From NCBI RefSeq assembly GCF_009914755.1, contig NC_060926.1: a stretch of 64,000 bases of DNA; one strand, given 5' to 3'. Below, piece by piece: positions 29,863 through 44,250 of this stretch; position 1 is the first letter of the stretch, and every line of letters begins with the position of its first letter. Source of the stretch: the human T2T-CHM13v2.0 reference genome, Homo sapiens. The notes under the pieces are model-generated. The model was given only the letters and a program-made list of their open reading frames with translations. It was not told the DNA's origin and did no database searches. The position numbers and the translations under genes were made by a program.

Positions 29863-30488
29863 CATTTTTCCTTCCTAGGCCTCTGGGCCTGTGATGGGAG
29901 GGGCTTCCACAAACGTCCCTGACATGCCCTGGAGACATTTTCCCCATTGTTTTGGTGATTAAGATTCAGCCTCTTGTTACTTGTGCAAATTTCTGCAGCA
30001 GGCATGGGCTTGAATTTCTCCCCACCAAGTGCGTTTTTCTTCTCTATCACATCATCAGCCTACAAACTTTCCAAACTTTTATGCTCTGCTTCCTCTTGAA
30101 CACTTTGCCACTTAGAAATTTCTTCTGACAGATATCCTAAATTATCTTTCTCAAGTTCAAAATTCCACAGATCTTTAGGGCAGGAGCAAAATGCCACCAG
30201 TTTTTTTGCTAAAGCATAGCAAGAATCACCTTTGTTCCAGTTCACAGCAAGTTCCTCATCTCCATCTGAGACCACCTCATCGTGGACTTCATTGTCCATA
30301 TCAGTATCAGCATTTTGGTCAAAGCCATTCCACAAGTCTCTAGGAAGTTAGAAAGTTTCCCACATATTCCTATCTTCTTCTGAGCCCTTCAAACTGTTCC
30401 AACCTCTGCCTGTTACTCAGTTCCAAATTTGTTTCCACATTTTCGGGTATCCTTATAGCAGTGCCCCACTACCTTGGTACCAATTTAC
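29863..30488 (-). mobile_element. MaLR (THE1/MST) internal sequence, 5' part only, with ORF remnant
   Basis: ORF 30060-30335 (-) NGFDQNADTDMDNEV...LWNFELEKDNLGYL resembles the THE1-int ORF; begins gtaaattggtacc next to the LTR. Confidence 0.85.
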
Positions 30489-30864
30489 TGTATTAGTCTG
30501 CTGTCACACTGCTATGAGAAAGCACTCAAAACTGGGTAATTTATAAAGGAAAGAGGTTTATTTGACTCACAGTTCCACATTGCTGGAGATGTCTCAGGAA
30601 ACTTACAATCATGGCAAAAGGCAAAAGAGAAGCAGGCTTCTTCTTCACAGGGTGGCAGGACAGAGTGAGTGCCAGCAGGCGAAATGCCAGACAATCATGA
30701 AACTATCAGATTTCATGAGACTCACTCACTATCATGAGAACAGCACGGGGGAGACCATCCCCGTGATCTAATTACCTCCAGCTGGTCCTGTCCTTGATAC
30801 ATGGGGATTATGGGGATTACAGCTCAAGTTGAGATTTGTGGGGACACAGAGCCTAACCATATCA
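30489..30864 (-). mobile_element. THE1C/D-like MaLR 5' LTR
   Basis: tgtattagtc...ggggattatggggattacag...gcctaaccatatca. Confidence 0.85.
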
Positions 30865-31893
30865 GGAGGTTCCCCCAAAAATTAAAAATAGAATTACCAG
30901 ATGATCCGCCAATTCTACCCACTACTGGGTATATATCCAGACCAATGTCAGAAAATATGAGTGCATTGTATATATAAGATACTTTTATATATACATTACA
31001 TAATTTGTAAAACCATAAGACATTTAATATAAAATAGGGAAGTAGTAAATGTGTATCACTTATAACTATTTTATTTTCCATAATATCTCATATTTCATAT
31101 AGTCTTTATTTCCTGTAGACTCTAAGATGAAATCAATTATAACATTTACAATTTTGTATATCATTATGAAAGAAAAAATGCTGTTGGAAAAAAATCTTAT
31201 GACAACATGCTTTTTAAAAAAGAGTCCAGAATGACACATATATTGATCACAAGAGACTCTTGTTTTAGAATTCCCTTCATTTACTCTATGGTATTCCATT
31301 GTTTGTCATCAGTTGCATTACTTGGTGTTTGATAATTTAAAAATGGTAATGAACTTTTACTTACTTGTGGATATCTTCTTTTTTTAGGATACGTGATGTA
31401 TTTTCTTCCTTTGCAAAAAAACTACAAAATGGAAGCCATTCTTTCAAAGACAAATGTTTGATGCACATAGATTGAATTTATGCTCTGCTACCCTGTTTTT
31501 ATGCCAGGCCGATTATACAAGGTCACTTTCTTTCAATGTCCAATTATTCAAAGTAATCATTTAGAAGACTTTTAAATGACAAACTCAAAATGTACAGAAC
31601 CGTCGAGGTACATAACTTGAAATCATTACACTATCCGTAACTGTCAGACTATAAGTATGAAATGTATCCTTATTTAAGAAATATTAAAATGTGAAAAATG
31701 TGCATTTTAGCACTGGTGTAATGTATGTTAAGTTTGTATGTTAAATTTTTATTAACAAATGGATATGCACAATAAAAAATGTTTGGAGAACATTGGCTTA
31801 TATTGCCAGCAGATTATTTAATGAAAATAATAAATGGATTCATTTATTAGTATACTTCTCTAGTTCATGTTAAAGATTACTTAAAAGAACCTA

Positions 31894-32174
31894 CACTTTG
31901 GGAAGGCAAGGCAGGTGGATAGCTTAAGCCTCAGGAGTTTGAGACCAACCTGGGCAACATGGTGAAACCTGGTGTCTCTACAACAAATTTAAAAAATTAG
32001 CTCGGAGTGGAGGTGTGCATCTGCAGTCCCAGCTGCTCATGAGGTTGAGGTGGGAGGATCAACTAAGACCAGGGAGGTTGAGGCTGCAGTGAGCTGTGAT
32101 TGCACCACTGCTCTCCAGCCTGGGTGACAAAGTGAGACTTTGTCTCAAGAAAAAAAAAAAAAGAAAAAAAAAAG
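31894..32174 (+). mobile_element. 5'-truncated AluJb
   Basis: Starts at cactttgggaaggc; J diagnostics; long A tail; approximate TSD aaaagaacc/aaaagaccc. Confidence 0.88.
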
Positions 32175-32311
32175 ACCCAAATATGAGGTAAAATAAGGCA
32201 GACCTAACTAACAGGGAGCCCAGATGTTATTAAATGCCATTTGTGAAAGAATTCCACATATCTTGTTGAGTCTGAATAATTCTTACAGACCATTATGGCT
32301 TGGTCTCATAA

Positions 32312-32831
<520 letters not shown>

Positions 32832-34307
32832 ACATATATTTCATTTTTAACTTGAGTTATGTTTTTCTTTTGTCACTGGCCTAATTTTTAAATAAATACA
32901 AAAAACGTAAGTAAGAAAAATATGTAAGAGGGAATTATTACGTTTTAGTATTTTTACACTCATTAAGCAAAAAATAACTTTTTTGATTCATAAAAAAGTG
33001 GCCTGCAGAACAACTTTCCTACCTTGCTTGTCATTAAATATGTTAAATATAAATAGCTCTGTTAGTGATAGAAATTCCTTAGAGAGGATCTACATTTTTC
33101 TTGAACTCAAATTTTACTCAAATATATTTTACCTAAAACCTACTTAGCAACGGTTTTTGTTTTTAGTTTTTTTTTTCTCAGAATGTTTAAGTGAATTCTA
33201 ATGTGAGTTAGGAACTCTTTTATAAATCATACTCTCACCCTGACAATGAAATAAACAAACTACATGCTTTTCATCTCAACTGGCACCTTCAAGTACTGAG
33301 CTCAGAAACTGTAATTAAAAATCATTTAAAACACTCATTTCACAGTTTACTCGTGGGAAGAAGCACATATTGTTCCAATTCCATTCCTAAAAAAGCCTCC
33401 CACACTATCACTGAGAAATTTTCAAAGGTCATGATTGAAGTAAGCACCTACCTTGTTTTGCACGTGACTTATGTCACATGTACTTCTAAATTATATCATC
33501 AGTCTCATTTCTGTTTCCTAGAGACAGGCGCATGTTACTTCCTGAATTCCAGTGCAGATTTTAAACCTTATCTCTTTGAAAGTTCTCCCCAAATTAAACA
33601 GTAAAAAGTAAAGACTCTGAACTTCAGTATATGGCTTGGCAATCCATTCTTCCCCCTACATGGTTATTAATCTCATCCAAAGGTATGTCACTAACTCTTT
33701 GGGTATTTTCAATACTAATATAATGATTGCAATCATGGTGAGCAGTAAAAGTATACACCATGTTAGACAGCAAAACTCTAAGGAAATAAACTAGGTGGAG
33801 AGACACTGATTATATTTTTTTCTACAAGAAGAATGAAATCATGCCAAAATCCAAAGGCCAAAGCAGCAGGATTAATACATATATTACTATAATTCTAAGA
33901 ATCAGAAAACAAAAGTTGCAAATATCACACAGGTAAAAGTGCATGGACTTGATAATACAAAAACCTTCAAGTCTTAAGGTTTTCTGTATTTGCTTTTATT
34001 TCCTCTATAAAAGGAGCAGCTGTCTCATAGTCCTGATGATGGATTAGCTCTACCAGCAGTCACCTTCCTTACTGATGGCTGATGATTTATGTGCATATTA
34101 ACCAAACTCAGTAGATTGACTGGAACTAGAATGCCTTTATGATCCTAAGAGATTGAAAAATTAAAGTGTTATAAACAAGGAAGATTATAGGAGGCTCTCT
34201 CTTTGTGGCTAAAAGTGAGAAAACTGTTAGTAGATTAGTCTTATATAATCAACTACACCGATCCAGAAGACACATTTAAAGGCCCATTTCTCCTTTCAGC
34301 CCATTAT

Positions 34308-35512
34308 GTTGTTAGTAGTATGTTGCAACACTTCTTTGTAAATGGTATCTTAGTGACTAAAAAGGTTTATGTATCTAAATTATTTACTCAAAGTAATTTG
34401 TGTAGGAGAAACAAAAAGTCTATCCCGAAATGCCACAGTATAACTATTACCATCTATATTAAACTTGAGCCTGATAACAAACACTACCATTTATTTCTTT
34501 GGCATTTGATTTTTGCCAATTGTTTTATTAAATACTTTATATAGTTAACTCATTTATTATATATACAGCATATATCCTATTACTATTTCCATTTTACAGA
34601 TGAGGAAATAGAGCCTCTGGTGAACAAAGAAACTTGCCTAGCATCATACAGCCAGTAAGTGGCAGGTCATTTCTAATCCTGATCTGTATGTTTCCAAAAC
34701 ATGTGGTGCTAACCAGAAAGCTATACTTTTCTATATCAAGTCATTCTTAAACTGAGCATTGTATGATAGGCCTACAGAAATAAGCCAGAGTTCAGATTTT
34801 AAATTGCTATCTTTAAGACTAGTTTTTAAGTTTCTCAGCAGCTAGATTAAATGTGACACTCTGTGTGTCATCAGAATATGTACACCGTTATGGAAATAAA
34901 AGAGAAACTGTGGCAGAATTTACTAACCTTATACCCAACTACTTCAAAGGACTTTTCAAATGTATTCAAATAGCTCCTAGTCTTTCAACTGCCAAGCAAA
35001 TATAAATGGAATTTTGTTATCAACTCTCTATGGCCATGTAAATGTCTTTGTGTGAATTTATTGTTTCAGATTAGCTCTGGTATTTAGAGCACAATGCAGT
35101 CTGGTTCAATCTGCTGGCTGTCATGCTGAACCTCTTTCATGGGGTATTTCTCCAATCCTGGGAGAGAGAAAAAGGCAGCTGGGGTAATAAGCAATATGAT
35201 TAAAGATTTTTTTCTATTCAATTTCTCTATATTAAAGTATCCCTGAGCAGATCAATGTCTATTCTGGACAGAACATATAAATGTGCATTTTGGTGCAGAT
35301 GTCAGAAGCAATACATGTCAGAGAATAAATTAAGTTGACTACAGACTTAGCTCTATTTCTGAAAGTCCTCAAATCCATGGAGTATCTTCTAAGGCTGAAG
35401 CACATGAGTGGATTTTGAAGGACCAATAGAATTTCTTCTGATTTTTTCTTATTCTGTTCCTAGTTGTTAGTAGTGTGTTGCAATATTTCTTTGCAGATGG
35501 CATCCTAGTGAC
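34308..35512 (+). repeat. Dispersed 50-bp direct repeat pair (34308-34357 and 35463-35512)
   Basis: 43/50 identical, ungapped, by manual alignment. Confidence 0.85.
34570..34726 (-). mobile_element. MIR
   Basis: Core ccattttacagatgaggaaatagag...acttgcctagcatcatacagccagtaagtggcag. Confidence 0.8.
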
Positions 35513-38211
35513 ATCAAGAAACAATACTGAAATATGTTGATATAGTCTTCTAATTTCAAATTCAGGAGACCCCAGATAGCCTTGGTTGATTTAATCAGAT
35601 ACTAGCATTGAAAAGACAAATAGATGTTTAAATGAAACTTTTTAAAAGAGAAAACCCACATATAAATTTTTGTTGAAGTTTTAAATGTTTTTCAGATCAG
35701 GTTGCTTCATCACTAATGAGGTATACCAAGGCATAATTGGTAAAAAGAAAATAGCTAACAGGAAATAAAACTCAATGGGATATATATTAGTCTCCAAATA
35801 AAGAGACCATACTATATTTAATTCCATTTTCTTTCTTAAATTACCACATAGATTTGGATAAACCATTTCACTTTAGTTTCTCCTCTATGAGAGAACAGAA
35901 GTGCTTGAGAAAAATGAGGGGAGGTATGAGTCATCAAAACAATCACAAAGTTTTTGGATGCCTAAAAATTGCTAATGTGAAAATAGACAATGGTAAATCC
36001 ATATTTGGGTAGACCAAGAAGCTTTTTAATAACTTGTTTTAAATTAGAAAAATGTGTAGATTCAATCAATACAAAGAGATTGTCTTGGCAGTGATGTTCA
36101 CATTGGAAATGCCTCTATTCTCAGCTGGCCAAAATGAGAGTTGTTAATTAAAATATGTATTTTCGTGGAACTACAGCCATAGCAAATAACTTGCATTTAT
36201 TAAACTGAAAATACTCCCTTTCTTTTGAGGATATACCCCTTCATTTTCTGCTTTGTTATCTTCTACTTATTCTTACTATAATTCTTGTATAATCTCAGCC
36301 AAGCATAACTTGATACTCTGAGTAGAGTCAGGTTTCGGTTTGGTTTTCATAGCTCTCTCTGTGACTATCTCTTATAACTTATCCTATAATGAACTATTAA
36401 TTTGCTTTTCTGTCTACTTCAGACTGGAAGTCTTTGGGGTCCAAAATTTTGTTTTAATTGTCTTTGTTCCTAGTACCTAGTGTAATTCTTCATATGTGAT
36501 AGGTAGTGAAAAACATACGGAAGGAGGGTTGAGGTGGTAGGGGAGAAGCAGGAATTGAAATGAAAGAAAAGAAACATCTTAAAATATACCTGAAGAGTGA
36601 AAAACAATAACCCTATTATCATATTTTTTAACAGATATAGTCTTTCTGAAATAAGACAGTTGTCTTATGGAAACTTCTCTCCTTAGGCTTATATTTAATG
36701 TAGTTTGTATATTTAATGTGTTATATGACATAAAATGACATAATATCATAAAATATAGTAATCTTATCACAAAATTACCTACTCTACATGGAAAAATACT
36801 TAGTCGTCCAGTAAGCACGCAGTAGATCAATTTATTCTTTGTGTCATACAGAAAGTATACTGATAGACTAATAACTTTTGTGGTACTTTTCAATTAAAAT
36901 ATCTAGATTAAACATCTAAGGTTGAGAAATGAAAATATGATGGATATCAGTATAGCATATATTCAAATGAAAATCTTTGTTATTAGTATGAATCAAGATA
37001 GCTAAGTAAAATGTTTGTGTGTATGTGCAAAAATCATATGAAAATATATTTGCGGGAGTGCATATATTTTTGTTGAAGTGGAAACTGTGAAATGATAGTA
37101 CTATACTACACTATACTCCAACTTTTACATTTAGAGAACTTAAGAAAAAGGTTATTTAGCTCTCATAGTAGAGATAGTTTCATGTCCAAATAACTTTTCC
37201 CTTTTTCTTAACTCAAAAAGAGAGAAAATAATTAGAATCGGTTAGTGCTTAACAGAAACTAAAATCCATCTCAGTCTTGCTGTTGGAAAGAAGAAGTTCT
37301 GTTTAATTGCACCCAGACATTTTTCAGCTGAACTATTAGTTTTCTGTGGATACCACTGAAATATGTGTTCCAACAATTTTATGCTCCCTTTAGAAGGATC
37401 CAAATGGTTAGCTGCATAGTTTTTGCAATTTAAAACTGTTCTTTCAAAGGACTCCATTACCTTCGATTGTACCATAGAGTAGAAAATGTTGAAAAATATC
37501 TATGTACCTATAGAAAATGTGGTATGTATCCTCTGTGTCTGGATCCAGATTCACATGAAAATATCAGCTATTTTTCAGGATACAGTAAATTGCATCATGT
37601 TAGTTCCTAAAGTTTGTTCATTTCATCTTTGCGTTTGTATGCTATGTTGACTAATCAGAGACTGTTCTCTGGGGATATTTTTCAGCCTCTGATTTTTCAG
37701 TTACATAGCAAACTGACTTACCTGGTCCTGGTAGAGTAGGAGTTCAGGCTCTAAATGGTGGACCTTTCTCTGGGAGAATGCCTTATAACCACATGCCAGG
37801 ATTTCAATATTTATCCCTGGTGTACTGCCAAAATCTACCAGAGAAGTGGTATCAAGCCCTGGGGGAGAAAGACCCATCTATAGCCAAAAAGTTCTTAAAT
37901 GTATTAGGAAAGCAGCAAGGGTCACCTTAGGGAGAAAATTGCAAACATATACAAATCTTGAAAATTACATCCCTTGGCACCTACACCCTTATATTCTACC
38001 ACTAATTGTCTAAAACTGCTCATCACCCTATTTTATCCTTCTAGCTTCCAATTAGTTCCTCTCCTCCTTTTGCCTGGTTGGGTTGTTTGTATCGGATGGG
38101 CCAGCAGAATATCTTTGAGCCTTAGCTTAAGACTGCGTGTTTTATAGCCCTGACAGCTGTGGCTCTAAATTCCAAGGGTTATCCCTTCCTGCTTAGTTCT
38201 GTTACGATACA

Positions 38212-38460
38212 GAAAAGGTGGGGAAAATGGGTAGATGTTGGCCCAAGAGTATAAAATTTCAGTTATACAGGATGAATGAATTCTGGAGATCTAATATATA
38301 GCATGATGACAATAATTAATAATACTCCATTGTGAACTTAAAATGTGCTAAGAGAATAGAACTTAAATGTTCTCACCACATGCAGAAAAAATGGTAACTA
38401 TGTGAGATGATGAATATGTTTATTAGCTTCATAGTGGTAACCATTTAACAATGTATACGT
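38212..38460 (+). mobile_element. L1MA9/MA10-like 3' end
   Basis: aaatttcagttatacaggatgaatgaattctggagatctaatatatagcatg...aatggtaactatgtgagatgatg. Confidence 0.75.
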
Positions 38461-38461
38461 A

Positions 38462-38602
38462 CCATCGTGCATTGCTTAATTTTGGGGATACATTCTGAGA
38501 AATGCATCATTAGGCAATTTCATCATTGTGCAAACATCACAGGGTATACTTACATGTATCTAAATGGTATATTCTACTACATTCCTAGGCTATATGGTAT
38601 AG
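38462..38602 (+). mobile_element. Tigger3/MER7 (TcMar-Tigger) 5' fragment
   Basis: ggggatacattctgagaaatgcatcattaggcaatttcatcattgtgcaaacatcac...cctaggctatatggtatag; preceded by TA. Confidence 0.8.
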
Positions 38603-39861
38603 AGTCTAGATAAAGATAGATACATATAGATAAATAGATCAAAAAAAGTATAATAAAGAGTCTCTCTTGCTTTTCAAGAGTTATTGAAGCTGATTTAGAT
38701 ATCTCTCAGCAAGGAAAATGGACAGAAAAATCCACCTGGAAACAACATACACTCTAAAAATCATTTCTGAATTTCAACAATATCTTTCTGACCCTGACCA
38801 AGCATCTGGCATTGACAAGGTGGTACGGGCAACCATTGAGGAATTCTGATGAATGTTAAAAATCTTTTGAAAGTAAATCAGATAAGGTTGTGCATTATCA
38901 TATGTCTGAGAGACATGTGATCCTCTCTGCTCTCAGTTTGTATAGCTTCCCACTTTTTCTAGCACCATCTCCATCTCTTCTGTCAGGAATCCCAGGTTTT
39001 CACCACTTGACTTAACACCTCATCCCCAGATCTTTATATGCTTTGACAGTGTATTAACCAACTACTGTTCCTGTGAGCAGTCTCTGTTCTATTCACACTT
39101 TTACTTTTGAAGAATGGCCCTCATTCAATTAATGTTTTAGAAAGCAACACTCCTCAAAGCTGGGCCTTAAGGTTTGTTTGTCATTAAGTGCCTTTCACAC
39201 TTTTAATGTCATAAAATTTCAAAAATTGTCATTCATATGCCAATATCTATATACTTCATGATAGGATCCCCAAATGTCATCTTCATAAATGCAGTATGAC
39301 AATTTGAAAATAAATATATTTCTGAATCGTTAGACGTCTTTTAATTCTAGGTTGAATTCTCAGAATGTTTGATCCATCCTGGTGACGGTTTTATCTTATC
39401 CTTACATTATGTTTATTTGGTTTGGAACGAAAAATGGCTAATAGGTAAGCTGGTTAATATATAGTATTTGCTCTCAGTTATGAATGCATTATTCACATGT
39501 GGTTATTTTCCTAATCTCTGATAAGTAAATCTATTTTATTAAAGGGATTCATTCACCTTACATCAGTAGTTAATCTTATTTATTCTCACAGTTAGCCTTC
39601 TCAAACTGACTAGCCTTTTGATTGAACTGCTAATCTGATCTCATCTAACCTCTATACTTTCTTACATAAAATTTCTATAGCAATTATGAAAACAAAAGTT
39701 CTATTTTAGTGGTCTATTTTAGATCCTGAAGCAAAACATTTACTTTGAAAAGAATTCTTCTAATTATGATATAAACATAGAAGCCCACTGTCTAACAATA
39801 ACATTTAAACCCAAGAAAGCCCAGTCAAAATAATCGAAGTAGGGCACTCATACGAGGAGGA

Positions 39862-40170
39862 GGCCGGGCACAGTGGCTCATGCCTATAATCTCAGCACCT
39901 TGCGAGGCCAAGGCCAGAGGATTGCTTGAGTCCCAGGGGCTTGAGACCAGCCTGAACAACATAGCAAGACGTCATCTCTACTTAAAAAAAAAAAAAAATT
40001 GCCAGGCATGGTGGCTTGTGCCTTCAGTCCCAGTTACTTGGGAGGCTAAAAAGGGAGGATCGCTTGAGCCCAGGAGTTTGAGGTTTAAGTGAGCCATGTA
40101 ATACAACTGCACTCCAGCCTAGGCGACAAAGCAAGACCCTGTCTCAAAATAAAATAAAATAATTAAAAAA
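39862..40170 (+). mobile_element. AluJ
   Basis: Full dimer; ggaggatcgcttgagcccaggagtttgagg. Confidence 0.9.
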
Positions 40171-40986
40171 GGAGAGGATAGGTGTTTTGAAGGCAGATTT
40201 CTATTTGTATTTACAAAAATACCTTCAAGATCAAAATCCTAATGGATACATTGTGTGTCAATTAAACATGGACTGTTCCCCACAGAAGAATCAGTGGCAA
40301 AACTGCTTTCAGAGAAAACAGTTCTTACCAATTTAATTTGATGACTCATTCCAGGAGGCATTCACTCCACAAGAGCAGCAAATAATTCAGTATGAACAAA
40401 ATACAGTTTTTCACTCCTGACAAAAATACATATATATATATTTTACTAAACAGAAAGTGAAAGCATCTGCAAACTAACAAGAATTCAGTCATAATCAAAG
40501 CTTTGACCCTCAAGCAAAGAATATCTTGCCTCAAAATATGTAAACAACTCGTGTAATTTCTACTGACAATAAAATTACAACACTGTACAGATTTTAGTCA
40601 GCAATTGTCACAGTTTCTTCAAATGTGAAGGTCATAACACAAAATACAAGCTGACAAATTAACTAAAACTCTTTTTATAAACTTTTCTCACAGTACTTCA
40701 CCAAGATATGAATACTCATCAAAATATTGCTACATTCATATTAGAACCATCAAAATTTAAATATATTTTCTAAAAAGAATACCTTGAACCATTCATTATG
40801 AACACAATTTAATTTGTGTGAATTAAGTAGTACATATTTTTCTTTTTAACAATTTAAATTCTTCAGCTGTAGTTAACATCAAAATGAAATGGAATTTCTA
40901 ATCTTAATCAGAGAAACAAGAAAGTGAATTTAAGTCCTCTCTGGGATAATTATGGCTTGTGAGTGTATGTGTGTTTGTTATCATCA

Positions 40987-41320
<334 letters not shown>

Positions 41321-42324
41321 GGACTGATTTATACTCTCCACTCAGTATGCATCCTAATTAGTAAGGCAAACTCACTCCTTTATGGTCCAAACACATATGC
41401 AAATGCAGTTTAATTCAGCTACTATAAAAAGACATACACCAAAGGTACAGATATTTAATTTTGTCTTCAGAACATGATTCTTCCAACATTTACTATGGAG
41501 AATAGAAAATTGTTTCAGTTTGTGTTTGTTTGTATTTATGTATTCATGTGCCAAGAAAGGCTCACTAACAAGTAACTAAATTGCTATTCCTAATAGAAAT
41601 TTAAATATTTATGAAGAAAATTTAATCAGACTCAAAGCTAGTACATATCACTTAGGCATAACATGGGCACACTTATTAACTTAAATACTTCTAATCAGCA
41701 TTAATAAATGAATCCAGTGAACACCCACAGAAAAGAATACCTCTGCTTGATTTTTTTGGATGAAGTAACAACTTCATTTATCTTAATATCAATACTTTTC
41801 CATTATGTAGTGATACCGGTAGTTAATAACTCAAGAATAGCAACAGTGCCACCAAAATGTCTCTCCAAGTTAATCTGGCAACACTAATTGCTGCCTAGTT
41901 TCTAAGGTAGTTTGAAGATAAAAGTCATCATTTTTTCCTGAGTCTTTTTTTTTCCCAGAAAATGTATCTAATGGCACAGTTCTTAAAAAGAACCAAGCAA
42001 GGCAAAATCAAATGGTTACTAAATTATTAAGAAGTCTGCAGTTTTGAAGTATTCTTTCAGTACTTTTAAGAGGAAAACTTAATTTGTTCTAAATCCTAAG
42101 TGATCCCTTCACACTTACTGAACCTTGCTATAAGCCTGTGTTTTCTCATATGTACATCAACCACTCTTATCAGTGAGTTTCAGCTTTACCTCTTCAGTCG
42201 ATTTTTTAAATTTCATTCCAGAAATTAAAGAGATTAAAGTTTAAAAACAAAGAAAATTTAGATAAGATTAGTAGGGAAGAGAAACTGGGGGGTGGATTAA
42301 GATGGCCAGCTTAAGCCATACTGG

Positions 42325-42680
42325 AATTTCTTATAGGTAGAGGTGGCCATATAATCAAGGTATGACAATGAAATACAAAAGAAAATTTCTGAGTGGGCCT
42401 CCTGGGAAAGCTTTATAAATGGGATGAACTCAGCTGTCACTTAAATTTGAATTTTTCTCCTTCGCACTTACTTTACCTACTTGTTCCAGGGAAGTAGACA
42501 CAATGCCTGCAGGAGCAGCCGCCAACTTGTGATGATGAGAACAAAGGCTACATGCTTAGAAAATGATAGAACAGAAAACTAGAAGACACGAGGTCCTTGG
42601 GTAGTTGTGGCCATCTTGGAACCCAGCTCCTAATATCTTATTACTTAAGAAAATAAGTCTCTATCCATTTAAGCCATCAA
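42325..42680 (+). mobile_element. Old MLT1 (MLT1J/K-like) LTR
   Basis: aggtagaggtggccatat...cctgggaaagcttt...gagcagccgccaacttgtga...tttaagcca. Confidence 0.55.
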
Positions 42681-43604
42681 GTTAAACTATCAATTTAAAC
42701 TTTTTTTCTCTCTAAATATGAATATATGTTTAAATTATACAAAAATGTGTGTCTGTCCCCAATATATTTAAAGAATTATTGCAAAGCTTTGAAGAGTAAC
42801 TTCTACCATCATTCTTGTTCTCATTTCAAAGTCAAATTTGCTTTATCTGTTGTTCTTACCCAACTGAGACATCAGAAATTCTTAATATGTATATTTGTCA
42901 AAAAAGGCCCCAACTCAGGAAACAAAATGATTATGAAGTTAACAACAAAGTCAGTCAGAACCCAGGCTTTGAGGAGGACCAAGAAGGCGTGTGTGAAGTA
43001 ATATGCTAAAGGCCCTCAAGATCACAGCATAAAGTTCAGATACTTGTGGGCATGTTTGTGTACGGGTGTGAAATGTAACTGCAAACTGTGAAATAGACAT
43101 TGGGTAATTTGTTTTTCTGTGACTGTATAAACAACACAAGTACTTCATCAAAGTAAAAATGATAAGCAAAAGTCATAAGCAAAATTATAGAATACAAACA
43201 TAAAAATTATGAATAGCATTATAGAAAGTATACCATAAGCCTGTGATTTATAATTAAATCTGTATTATAAAATTATAAATAAGTAATAATAGTACTTCCT
43301 TTTCATGGAAAGATCTATCACTTCCATATCAGATTATTCTTCCAGAGTTTGGAAGAGGGCATTTGATATAGGATCTATATTATTAATAGTATGATGACAA
43401 AATGAAGATGAGAAAGATTTATAATTTCAAGTTTCTTTAACTTCCATCTCTTCTCATTCCACTCCTCACCTTCACTTTCAAGCCCTAGAGTACTTATATT
43501 TTTTTCTCTCACCTTTCCTTTCCCTCTCCTATCTCCAAAATCACATCAAAGATCAATGGAATATTTCCATCTGGCTTGCCTGGTACTACTCAAGAGTCTT
43601 TATC

Positions 43605-43875
43605 AAGAAGTGAGAAGATTGCTTGAGGCAAGCAGTTAGAGAGGAGCCTGGGAAACACAGCAGGACCAAATCCCCAGAAAAAAAATTTTGAAATTAGCCA
43701 GGCATGGTGGCACATGTCTATAATCCCAGAGACTCAGAAGGCTGAGATGAAAGGATCACTTGAGCCCAGGAGTTCAAGGCTGAGTGAGCCATGATTGGGC
43801 CACTGCAGTCCAGCCTGGGTGATCCTGTCTCATAATAAAAATTTTTTTAAAAAAAAGGAAAGAAAAAAAAAAAGA
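43605..43875 (+). mobile_element. Degenerate 5'-truncated AluJ
   Basis: attagccaggcatggtggcacatg...ggatcacttgagcccaggagttcaaggctg; A-rich tail. Confidence 0.8.
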
Positions 43876-44069
43876 GACCTTCTAAGTCAATGAAGGGTAG
43901 AACATCACTGACTTGCCTCAAATCAGCCCCTGAGTAAGTTACAAACTCAGATTATTTCTTCCTATATCACAATAAAACTACAGCTCCCCAAATTAGCTAT
44001 CCATCTGTAGCTTCACATCTGAATTTCTGATGCCTAGTTCTTCCAAGTCATGAAAGGAAGAAAACAGAA

Positions 44070-44250
44070 TCATGATTTGCAAACATGACTGGATATTAGA
44101 ATCAGCTGGAGGTACTCCTTTTTAAAAAATGATGCATTAGCCTCCAATCCACACCAAAAAATCAGAATAAATACATGGCCTAGATTTCAATATTTTTTAT
44201 GTGCTCTGCAGGTGATTTTCATAAGTAGATAAGGTTGAAAACCACTGGGA
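44070..44250. mobile_element. MER5A/B hAT-Charlie MITE
   Basis: attagaatcagctggagg...caggtgattttcat...ttgaaaaccactgg. Confidence 0.6.

Noticed and set aside
30060-30335. Acidic 91-aa ORF
   Set aside because: Remnant of the MaLR internal ORF, fragmented and truncated; not a host gene.
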